From Deltaproteobacteria bacterium GWC2_65_14 (GTDB lineage: Bacteria; Desulfobacterota; Deferrimicrobia; Deferrimicrobiales; Deferrimicrobiaceae): a stretch of DNA of 64,000 nucleotides. Of this stretch, positions 9,100 through 16,245 are shown piece after piece. The notes under the pieces were generated by a model. The model saw only the letters and a program-made list of their open reading frames with translations. It was not told where the DNA came from and did no database searches. The translations under genes were made by a program, and so were the position numbers. The stretch is taken from NCBI GenBank assembly GCA_001797615.1, contig MGPV01000029.1, forward strand, positions 30,583-94,582. Direction: 5' to 3'. The number at the start of each line of letters is the position of its first letter. Within the stretch, counting starts at the first letter, position 1.

Positions 9100-9221
9100 C
9101 CGCACCACATGCGGAGATTATAGCCGATATTCTCCGCATGGGCAACCTCATTATCTGGTTCAAAGACCGGATCAGCACAGAACCGCAGAAAATGCGGAGA
9201 ATAAGGCCCATAATCTCCGCA
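9100..9221. repeat. Two 39-bp direct repeats with internal inverted repeats (putative operators) upstream of fic
   Basis: CCGCA-N5-TGCGGAGAWTA-N7-TAWTCTCCGCA at 9100-9138 and 9183-9221. Confidence 0.85.
9117..9145 (-). promoter_or_regulatory. Sigma70-type promoter of fic
   Basis: TTGCCC (9145-9140)-N17-TATAAT (9122-9117), 20 nt upstream of the fic ATG. Confidence 0.65.
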
Positions 9222-9228
9222 GCCGACG

Positions 9229-10596
9229 CTACTCTTTTTCCAACCCCAACCGTTCCCACAGGAATCCGAAGTCGAAGGGTTCTCCGCCCCCTCCCCGCGC
9301 CTTTCTCGCCTCATGGAGCTCGAAATCCTTGAGCAGATCGATCACCGCCTGTCGCCCCTTCTTCGTCCGGACCGCGGCCTTCGGAGTTTTCCCGCCGAGC
9401 GCCGGCACAGGCTCGTCGGGCCACCGTTCGTAGTGGCGTCTTAAGAATTCCCGCTCTACTTGGGCTTTCAATTCGGGAGGAATCTCCTCCCTTGGTGATT
9501 TTTTTGCCGCCGCCATTGCCTTGGGCGACATGGGGTCCACAATCTCACGCGCCTTGAATCGGATGGCCGTTCCCGCGATCTTCTCCAGCCATCGGCGCGC
9601 CCCGTCGGCGAGTTTGAGCGTGGGGCAGAAGACTTCGAGGGTATCCGAAGACTTCTTCGTCAAGGATGCCCGGGAGCGGCGCATCTGGTCTTTCATGGGC
9701 TCGAACCGAATCCAACCTTCGTCGATGTCGCCGTCCACATCCGGCTGTGCGGAGAGAACGGCGGTGAGTGCATCCCAGTCGGTTACGGTGAAATGGTCGA
9801 CGGTGAGCGAGACAGGATCCCCCGTCGATGCATGCACGACCTGAGGGAACTGCGGCACCTCCGTGTACTGCTCCAGCCAGTAGTCGGCGATGGTCGTGCC
9901 GACGACTTCGCGGTAGATTTCGTCGTCGACGGTTTTCTCGCGCGCCAATTCGTCGAGGATCTCTTCCCGGCACTCGAGCGGTCGACGGCGGTCCAGGGGA
10001 TAGATGGCGCCGGTCAAGACGTAGCCGTCGGGCCGGCGGGCAATCCGCGCTCCGAAGATGTCCCACTTGACCAGGCTCTTGGAGGCAGTTCGCTCGGTCA
10101 CCTTCACAACCGGCGCGTCGATTCGAAGCAAGTCCTTGATATCGAGTCCTTCACCCGGCGTCAAATGCTGAACTTCATAAAGGCTCAGCGGGTTCTCGCC
10201 AATCGCCTTCAGCCACTCCCTCCCTTGTGCGGGCAACAACGGGCCACCTGGCCCCAGGGCAAGATCGACGGCGCGGACGCGTTTGCCTTCGACGTCGAGA
10301 ATGGCATCAGCAACGAGCCACTCCCCGATGTTGATATCCAGCATTCCTTTCGGGCCGGGCGGGAGGGCGTGGATAATATCGAGTTCCTCCTGGTCGAAGC
10401 CGCCAAGGTAGGTTTCGACGATCGCGTCGTCCACTTCCTCATCGTAATGCGTTTTCAGCCACGCGATCGCGGCGGCGACGGCCGCGTGTTCGTCGCCCGA
10501 AAGCGACACGGCCGCCCGGTCTTTTTCGATGCAGCATTTCTTGTATTTCAGCCCGCTGCCGCACGGGCACGGATCGTTTCGGCCAACCTTGTCCAT
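9229..10596 (-). CDS. SEC-C metal-binding domain protein with C-terminal Xre/MbcA/ParS antitoxin-like domain
   Basis: N-terminal [19 protein letters not shown]-terminal [31 protein letters not shown] resembles DUF2384/PF09722; GGAGGT RBS. Confidence 0.75.
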   Translation of the reverse strand: MDKVGRNDPCPCGSGLKYKKCCIEKDRAAVSLSGDEHAAVAAAIAWLKTHYDEEVDDAIVETYLGGFDQEELDIIHALPPGPKGMLDINIGEWLVADAILDVEGKRVRAVDLALGPGGPLLPAQGREWLKAIGENPLSLYEVQHLTPGEGLDIKDLLRIDAPVVKVTERTASKSLVKWDIFGARIARRPDGYVLTGAIYPLDRRRPLECREEILDELAREKTVDDEIYREVVGTTIADYWLEQYTEVPQFPQVVHASTGDPVSLTVDHFTVTDWDALTAVLSAQPDVDGDIDEGWIRFEPMKDQMRRSRASLTKKSSDTLEVFCPTLKLADGARRWLEKIAGTAIRFKAREIVDPMSPKAMAAAKKSPREEIPPELKAQVEREFLRRHYERWPDEPVPALGGKTPKAAVRTKKGRQAVIDLLKDFELHEARKARGGGGEPFDFGFLWERLGLEKE

Positions 10597-10651
10597 CGGA
10601 TCACGGACCTCCCGCCGGGAACTGGCGCTCTATCGCAAGCTTATGTTCCTA

Positions 10652-10966
10652 TTACTTCCCATCGGTGCCTTTTATCTTTATCCGATCCAGACGGCAAGTG
10701 GCAACCGTCGCCATCATGTCGCATTTCGCCCACGTGGGCCTGTCGGCGTAATGCCCCGGCAATGACCGAGGATCCATGCGGTGGTGGTGGTCCTCGACCG
10801 GATTGGGAGCGGTAGTGCTGAGCGGAACGATCGTGACAAGCTCCACCCTCCGCCGCCTTCCCGATATTACGATTACCGGCCGGGTTTTTACCATCTCGGG
10901 CGCCTTGAAACCGGAGAAGTCACAGACCAGGAGCGTTCCGGCATCCGGATGGAATGTGAGCGCCAT
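10652..10966 (-). CDS. PemK/MazF-superfamily (YifN-like) toxin, possibly C-terminally truncated
   Basis: GTLLVCDFSGFKAPEMVKTRPVIVIS...TIVPLSTT...WAKCDMMATV pattern; 104 aa ending at TAA TAG. Confidence 0.75.
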   Translation of the reverse strand: MALTFHPDAGTLLVCDFSGFKAPEMVKTRPVIVISGRRRRVELVTIVPLSTTAPNPVEDHHHRMDPRSLPGHYADRPTWAKCDMMATVATCRLDRIKIKGTDGK

Positions 10967-10974
10967 GGCAAGGA

Positions 10975-11003
10975 AGGGTATCCTTGGTGGAAGGAAGTGT
11001 CAA
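10975..11003 (-). promoter_or_regulatory. Near-consensus sigma70 promoter of the PemK-like gene
   Basis: TTGACA (11003-10998)-N17-TACCCT (10980-10975), 8 nt before the ATG; no SD sequence. Confidence 0.7.
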
Positions 11004-11004
11004 C

Positions 11005-11027
11005 GGTATGAGTAATGGTATGAGTAA
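11005..11027. repeat. Tandem 11-bp repeat GGTATGAGTAA x2 (possible integrase arm-type sites)
   Basis: Copies at 11005-11015 and 11017-11027, about 60 bp inside the att repeat. Confidence 0.6.
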
Positions 11028-11045
11028 CCCCGTCAGAATTCGGCC

Positions 11046-11080
11046 AAAAAAGAAGGAGAACCGCAAGTCTGCGATTCTCC
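11046..11080 (-). terminator. Intrinsic terminator supplied by the element downstream of the restored tRNA-Glu
   Basis: Minus strand GGAGAATCGCA-GACT-TGCGGTTCTCC followed by TTCTTTTTT. Confidence 0.75.
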
Positions 11081-11088
11081 GTGGTAAT

Positions 11089-11136
11089 TCCTGGCGGTCC
11101 CACCGGGGTTCGAACCCGGGTTTTCGCCGTGAGAGG
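11089..11136. repeat. att site: 48-bp direct repeat overlapping the 3' half of tRNA-Glu
   Basis: Identical to 7226-7273. Confidence 0.95.
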
Positions 11137-11167
11137 GCGGTGTCCTAGTCCACTAGACGATGGGACC
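11092..11167 (-). tRNA. tRNA-Glu (anticodon CTC)
   Basis: GGTCCCA acceptor stem, D arm, CCGCC-CT-CTC-AC-GGCGA anticodon arm, GGTTCGAAC T loop, encoded CCA. Confidence 0.95.
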
Positions 11168-11170
11168 TTC

Positions 11171-11244
11171 TGGCTGAGGAGCCAGGATTCGAACCTGGAA
11201 AACCTGGTCCAGAGCCAGGCGTGATGCCGTTTCACCACTCCTCA
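11171..11244 (-). tRNA. tRNA-Gln (anticodon CTG)
   Basis: TGAGGAG/CTCCTCA acceptor stem, CCTGG-CT-CTG-GA-CCAGG anticodon arm, GGTTCGAATCC T arm, encoded CCA. Confidence 0.95.
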
Positions 11245-11255
11245 ACGGAACTGGC

Positions 11256-11285
11256 AGGATAGCCGAGCATGCCTCCTCCCGTCAA
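11256..11285 (-). promoter_or_regulatory. Sigma70 promoter of the tRNA-Gln/tRNA-Glu operon
   Basis: TTGACG (11285-11280)-N18-TATCCT (11261-11256) just upstream of tRNA-Gln. Confidence 0.65.
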
Positions 11286-11348
11286 GCGGGATTCCGCAAC
11301 GGACGCCCCGTTTTGACTCGATCCCGGCGGCATGCTATTTCTTTACGG

Positions 11349-13055
11349 ATGCAGACCCCGGAAGGAACGGACCGGAAGGATTTTCTCCGGGAAATCGTCC
11401 GGCAGGACACGCGGGACGGCCGCCACGGCGGCCGGGTCGTGACCCGCTTTCCCCCCGAGCCGAACGGCTACCTCCACATCGGCCACGCCAAGTCGATCTG
11501 CCTGAACTTCGGCATCGCGGAGGAGTTCGGCGGGATCTGCCACCTCCGGTTCGACGACACCAACCCGGAAACCGAGGACGTGAAGTATGTCGAGTCGATT
11601 CAGCGCGACGTGCGCTGGCTCGGTTTCGATTGGAAGGACAAGCTCTTCTTCGCTTCCGACTATTCCGGGCGGCTCTATGAATTCGCCGTCCGGCTGATCC
11701 GGGACGGCAAGGCCTACGTGGACAGCCAGAGCGAGGAGGAGATCCGGGCGAACCGGGGAACCGTCACCGAGCCGGGGACCGAAAGCCCGTACCGCGGCCG
11801 CACCGTGGAGGAGAACCTCGACCTCTTCGCCCGGATGCGGGCCGGGGAGTTCCCCGACGGGGCGCATGTGCTGCGCGGCAGGGTGGACATGTCGGCGGCC
11901 AACATGAAGATGCGCGACCCGCTCCTCTACCGGATCCGGCACGCCACACACTACCGCACCGGCGACTCCTGGTGCCTCTACCCGATGTACGACTTCGCCC
12001 ACCCGCTCTCCGACGCGATCGAGGGGATCACCCACTCGAACTGCACGCTGGAGTTCGAGAACAACCGGGCGGTCTACGACTGGCTGCTCGACTGCCTCTT
12101 CGCCGAGCCGAGGCCCCACCAGTACGAGTTCGCCCGCCTGAACCTCGACTACGCGGTAATGAGCAAGCGCAAGCTGCTTCAGCTGGCGGAGGAGGGTCTG
12201 GTCACGGGGTGGGACGATCCGAGGATGCCGACGATCGCCGGGATGCGGCGGCGCGGGTACACCCCGGAGGGGATCCGCCTCTTCGCGGAGCGGATCGGCG
12301 TGGACAAGGCGAACAGCCGGGTCAGCATGGAGATCCTGGAGGACGCGATCCGGGACGACCTGAACGCCCGCGCCCCCCGCGTCATGGCGGTCCTTCGCCC
12401 CCTCAAGGTGACGATCGGAAACTACCCGGAGGGGAAGGTCGAGTGGCTCGAGGCCGGATACTGGCCCCGCGACATCGACCGGGAGGGCTCCAGGAAGGTT
12501 CCGCTCTCACGGGTAATCCATATCGAACGGACCGATTTCCTCGAGGATCCCCCCGCCGACTGGATCCGGCTCAAACCGGGCGGGGAGGTGCGGCTGCGCA
12601 ACGGCTACTTCATCCGCTGCGAATCGGTCGAAAAGGACCCGGCCACGGGGGAGGTGGCCGCTCTTCGGTGCAGCTACGACCCGGCCTCCCTCGGGGCGCC
12701 GTCGAAGGGGCCGCGGAAAAAAACCACCGCCGTCCAGTGGGTCTCGGCCGCGCATGCGCTTCGGGCCGAGGTGCGTCTCTACGACCGGCTCTTCACCGAG
12801 GCGGACCCGGAAAGCGCGGGGGAGGAGAGGGGTTTCCGGGATTTCCTGAACCCGGCCTCGGTGGAGATCCTCACGGGCTGCATGCTCGAGCCGGGGCTTG
12901 CGGACGCCTTGCCCGGCGAACGCTTCCAGTTCCTGCGCCACGGGTACTTCATCGCCGACGAGACCGACTCGCGCCCCGGGGCTCCTGTCTTCAACCGGAT
13001 CGTCGGCCTGAAGGACCGGTACAGGGCGGGGACGGCGCAGCCGGGCCGGGAGTAG
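11349..13055 (+). CDS. glnS: Glutamine--tRNA ligase
   Basis: TRFPPEPNGYLHIGHAK (HIGH), RFDDTNP, YPMYDFAH, MSKRK; beta-barrel anticodon domain. Confidence 0.96.
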   Translation: MQTPEGTDRKDFLREIVRQDTRDGRHGGRVVTRFPPEPNGYLHIGHAKSICLNFGIAEEFGGICHLRFDDTNPETEDVKYVESIQRDVRWLGFDWKDKLFFASDYSGRLYEFAVRLIRDGKAYVDSQSEEEIRANRGTVTEPGTESPYRGRTVEENLDLFARMRAGEFPDGAHVLRGRVDMSAANMKMRDPLLYRIRHATHYRTGDSWCLYPMYDFAHPLSDAIEGITHSNCTLEFENNRAVYDWLLDCLFAEPRPHQYEFARLNLDYAVMSKRKLLQLAEEGLVTGWDDPRMPTIAGMRRRGYTPEGIRLFAERIGVDKANSRVSMEILEDAIRDDLNARAPRVMAVLRPLKVTIGNYPEGKVEWLEAGYWPRDIDREGSRKVPLSRVIHIERTDFLEDPPADWIRLKPGGEVRLRNGYFIRCESVEKDPATGEVAALRCSYDPASLGAPSKGPRKKTTAVQWVSAAHALRAEVRLYDRLFTEADPESAGEERGFRDFLNPASVEILTGCMLEPGLADALPGERFQFLRHGYFIADETDSRPGAPVFNRIVGLKDRYRAGTAQPGRE

Positions 13056-13067
13056 CCGAAGAAAGCT

Positions 13068-14474
13068 TCAGGACACTTTCCCGATCCGGTCGGAAGCCGC
13101 CGAGAGGCGGCGGATCACCTCGTCTTTTCCCAGGATATCCATCACCTCGAAGATCCCGGGGGACACCGTGCCCCCGGTCAATGCCACCCGAAGTGGCTGA
13201 GCAATCTTCCCAAGCTTTTCCTGGCGTTTTTCCGCTATACGGTGAAGTATCGGTTCAATGGTCTCGGGGGTAAATTCCGCCATGGGGGCGAACGCGTTTG
13301 CCAGTTCCTCGAAGAGTCCGGCCGCCTCCTTCGTGAGGAACTTTTCCGCCGCCTTCGGGTCCGGCTCCTTCTCCCGGAAATAGTACTCGGAAGACTCCGC
13401 CATCTCCGCCAGCGTCTTCGCGCGCTCCTGGAAGGTGCGGACCGCCTTCGCCAGCCAGGGGGAACTTTCCGTCTCGATCCCCCGGGCACGCAGGAAAGGG
13501 ACCAGCAGATCCGCCAGCCGCCGCGGATCGCCCGACTTGAGGTAGTGGGCGGAAAGGTGCAGCAGCTTCTCCGGGTCGAACCGGGAGGGGGATTTCCCGA
13601 CGCTCTCCAGGGAGAAGATCCGTTGCAGTTCCTCCACCGAGAAGATCTCCTGGTCCCCGTGCCCCCATCCCAGCCGCACCAGGTAGTTCACCATCGCCTC
13701 GGGGAGAAATCCCCGCTCCCGGTAGGACTGCACCGAGACGTCGTCCTGCCGCTTCGACATCTTTCCCCCCTCGATCCCGAAGATCAATGGAAAGTGGCCG
13801 AACTTCGGGAGCGGGTGGCCGAGCGCTTCGTAGAGCAGGATCTGCTTCGGGGTGTTGTTCAGATGGTCGTCGCCTCGCAACACATGGGTGATCCCCATCG
13901 CCGCGTCGTCCACGACCACGACGAAATTGTAGGTCGGCGAGCCGTCCGAGCGGAGCAGGATCAGGTCGTCAAGCTCGGCGTTGTCGTAGGTCACCTCCCC
14001 GCGCAGGAGGTCGTCGACGATCGTTTTTCCGGAGGGGGGGGTCCGGAACCGGACCACGTGGGTCTTCCCGGCCGCCTCCGCGGGAGGCAGGTTCCGGCAC
14101 CGGCCGTCGTACCGCGGCTTCTCCCCCCGGGCCTTCATGGTTTCCCGGCGGGCGTCGAGCTCCTCCGGCGTGCACACGCAGCGGTAGGCTTTCCCTTCGG
14201 CCAGCAGCCGGTCCGCCTCGCGGCGGTAGAGGTCGATCCGCTCCGTCTGGAAGAAGGGGCCCTCGTCCCAGGAAAGGCCCAGCCAGCGCATCCCGTCGAG
14301 GATCGCCTGCGCCATCTCCGGCGTGGACCGTTCCTTGTCGGTGTCCTCGATCCGCAGGAGGAACTTCCCGCCGTGGCGCCGCGCGAAGAGCCAGTTGAAG
14401 AGGGCGGTGCGGGCCCCCCCGATATGGAGGTATCCGGTGGGGCTGGGGGCGAAGCGGGTGACCACGGTCGGCAT
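13068..14474 (-). CDS. gltX: Glutamate--tRNA ligase
   Basis: TRFAPSPTGYLHIGG, LRIEDTD, HVLRGDDH, KMSKR, LRVALTG. Confidence 0.96.
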   Translation of the reverse strand: MPTVVTRFAPSPTGYLHIGGARTALFNWLFARRHGGKFLLRIEDTDKERSTPEMAQAILDGMRWLGLSWDEGPFFQTERIDLYRREADRLLAEGKAYRCVCTPEELDARRETMKARGEKPRYDGRCRNLPPAEAAGKTHVVRFRTPPSGKTIVDDLLRGEVTYDNAELDDLILLRSDGSPTYNFVVVVDDAAMGITHVLRGDDHLNNTPKQILLYEALGHPLPKFGHFPLIFGIEGGKMSKRQDDVSVQSYRERGFLPEAMVNYLVRLGWGHGDQEIFSVEELQRIFSLESVGKSPSRFDPEKLLHLSAHYLKSGDPRRLADLLVPFLRARGIETESSPWLAKAVRTFQERAKTLAEMAESSEYYFREKEPDPKAAEKFLTKEAAGLFEELANAFAPMAEFTPETIEPILHRIAEKRQEKLGKIAQPLRVALTGGTVSPGIFEVMDILGKDEVIRRLSAASDRIGKVS

Positions 14475-14534
14475 GGGACCTCTCATCGTTCCGGTGGTTT
14501 GCGGTCCGGACGGGGGGCGGGGAATGCGTTTCCG

Positions 14535-15341
14535 TTACGTGAAGGCCAGGCCGGCATACCCCACGACCTGCCCGCGGTCCCCGCTGACGTCGCCGGAAGT
14601 GGCATATCGTACCAGACGGGCGGAGGTTGCGCCAAGGGCGAGGGAGGCGAACAGGACGACGGCGGCGGGGATGGCGCCGCACATCGAGATCCGCTCCGAG
14701 CGGACCGTGCGCAGGAGCGCCTCCGGGTCCAGGGCAAGCATGGCGTCGATCGCCTTTTTGTCCTTTTCGCGGGCGACCGGGTCCGGCTCGTAGTGGGACA
14801 TGTCGGAGCTGGCGATGAGCAGGACCGGCTCCGGATCCTCCCCGACGACCCGCGCGGCCGATTCTCCCAGCGCCCGGCAATCGGAGGGGGAAAGGTCGCC
14901 CAGCGCGACCGGGACGAAGTAGAACTCCGGCCGGAACCTCCGGAGAAAGGGAAGCTGCACCTCCAGCGAGTGCTCGTCCCGGTGGGCCGAGGGGTCCTCC
15001 CGAAGCAGGGGGGAAGCCTCGATCAGGCGGTCGGCGAGTCCCTCGTCGATCGGGACGTCGCCCCAGGGCATCTTCCAGGCCCCCCGCCCATGGATCGCCG
15101 CCTCCGCCCCCCGGCCGGTGTGGTTGGGGCAGAAGATGATGTGGCGCAGGGGGATTTCGATCGAGGAGAAGAGGGCCCCCGCGACCCCTCCCGAGTAGAC
15201 GTAGCCGGCGTGGGGGGCGACCACCCCCTTGGCGGGGATCTTCTCCGGCAGGTCGGCGGTGAGGGTCCGGACGGCGCGGTCCAGCTCCCGGGCCGATCTA
15301 GGATAAAAACTCCCTGCCACGGCGGGGTTTCGGATCGTCAT
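14535..15341 (-). CDS. amrB: AmmeMemoRadiSam system protein B (MEMO1 family)
   Basis: RNPAVAGSFYP, PHAGYVYSG, PNHTG, EHSLEVQLPFL, SSDMSHY, SMCG, YATSGD, VVGYAG. Confidence 0.92.
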   Translation of the reverse strand: MTIRNPAVAGSFYPRSARELDRAVRTLTADLPEKIPAKGVVAPHAGYVYSGGVAGALFSSIEIPLRHIIFCPNHTGRGAEAAIHGRGAWKMPWGDVPIDEGLADRLIEASPLLREDPSAHRDEHSLEVQLPFLRRFRPEFYFVPVALGDLSPSDCRALGESAARVVGEDPEPVLLIASSDMSHYEPDPVAREKDKKAIDAMLALDPEALLRTVRSERISMCGAIPAAVVLFASLALGATSARLVRYATSGDVSGDRGQVVGYAGLAFT

Positions 15342-15441
15342 GAGACATGATATACCACAAACGACGGACGGAGCCGCGGGCGCAGGCCCGGGGGCCCCCG
15401 GGGGCGGAGTGGTTCGCACGGAATCCCGCACGGAATCCCGA

Positions 15442-15470
15442 TTGACAGCCGGGAGGCGGTTCCATATAGT
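15442..15470 (+). promoter_or_regulatory. Consensus sigma70 promoter of the yceD-rpmF-plsX-fab operon
   Basis: TTGACA (15442-15447)-N17-TATAGT (15465-15470). Confidence 0.8.
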
Positions 15471-15500
15471 ATTTGTTTTAATTATTAGGGAAGTGCGTCT

Positions 15501-16043
15501 TTGTACATCCGTGTGACCGAAATCCCCCGGGAAGGGCTGGACGTGCCCGGAACGCGGGGAAACGCCTGGGTCGGGCATCTGCTCGAGGGGATGGACTCGT
15601 CCCCCCTGACCGGCTGCAAGGTTCTCTCGGCCACCCTCTTCCTTTCGCTCGAGGGGAGGGAGCTGGAGACGAACGGCTCCTTCGTGGCCGAGGGGGAGTG
15701 CCCCTGCGACCGGTGCTCGGAGCCGGTGAAGGTGCGGATGGAGAGGGAGTTCCGGACCCGGTTCGTCCCGAGCGACCGGGGCCCGGCGGGGTCGGGGGAA
15801 CTGGAGCTCATGCCCGACGACCTCGATCTCGGGTTCTACGACGGCGCCGGGATCGAGGTGAACGATATTTTCCGGGAACAGGTCGTCCTCGCAATCCCGG
15901 CGAAGGTTCTCTGCCGGGAGGAGTGCCGGGGACTGTGTCCCAGCTGCGGGGCGGACCGGAACCGGGAACCGTGCGACTGCCCGGAGGAACCCGGGCGGAA
16001 ACCATTCGACGTGCTGAAGACCCTGTTGCAGGAAAAGGAGTAG
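15501..16043 (+). CDS. yceD: YceD/DUF177 family protein
   Basis: CDRC and PxKVLCREECRGLCPSCG motifs; directly upstream of rpmF. Confidence 0.9.
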   Translation: MYIRVTEIPREGLDVPGTRGNAWVGHLLEGMDSSPLTGCKVLSATLFLSLEGRELETNGSFVAEGECPCDRCSEPVKVRMEREFRTRFVPSDRGPAGSGELELMPDDLDLGFYDGAGIEVNDIFREQVVLAIPAKVLCREECRGLCPSCGADRNREPCDCPEEPGRKPFDVLKTLLQEKE

Positions 16044-16046
16044 AGA

Positions 16047-16223
16047 ATGCCGAATCCGAGACGACGCGGCTCCAAGTGCCGGCGGGACAAGCGCAGGACC
16101 CACAAGAAGCTCGCCAACCCCGCGACGAGCACCTGCTCACAGTGCAAGCAGGTCAAGAGACCCCACGCGGTCTGCCCGAATTGCGGAACGTACAACGGCC
16201 GGGAAGTCATCGCCAAGGCCTGA
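16047..16223 (+). CDS. rpmF: 50S ribosomal protein L32 (Zn-binding type)
   Basis: Hand translation MPNPRRRGSKCRRDKRRTH...CSQC...RPHAVCPNCGTYNGREV; below the ORF-track size cutoff. Confidence 0.95.
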   Translation: MPNPRRRGSKCRRDKRRTHKKLANPATSTCSQCKQVKRPHAVCPNCGTYNGREVIAKA

Positions 16224-16245
16224 CGGTTTTCCGCTCCCGCATCCG

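Larger units (their letters stand above)
7226..11136. mobile_element. Decayed integrative element / genomic islet inserted in tRNA-Glu(CUC)
   Basis: Flanking 48-bp direct repeats, tyrosine integrase remnant, TA-like cargo, visibly less GC3-biased codon usage than the flanks. Confidence 0.9.

Noticed and set aside
9100..9221. Mini-CRISPR array
   Set aside because: There are only two imperfect units and no cas genes, and one unit overlaps a promoter. An operator fits better.
11124..11140. C27-A43 mismatch in the tRNA-Glu anticodon stem as damage caused by integration
   Set aside because: Both att copies carry the same base, so integration did not introduce it. A mismatch at the top of the stem is tolerated.
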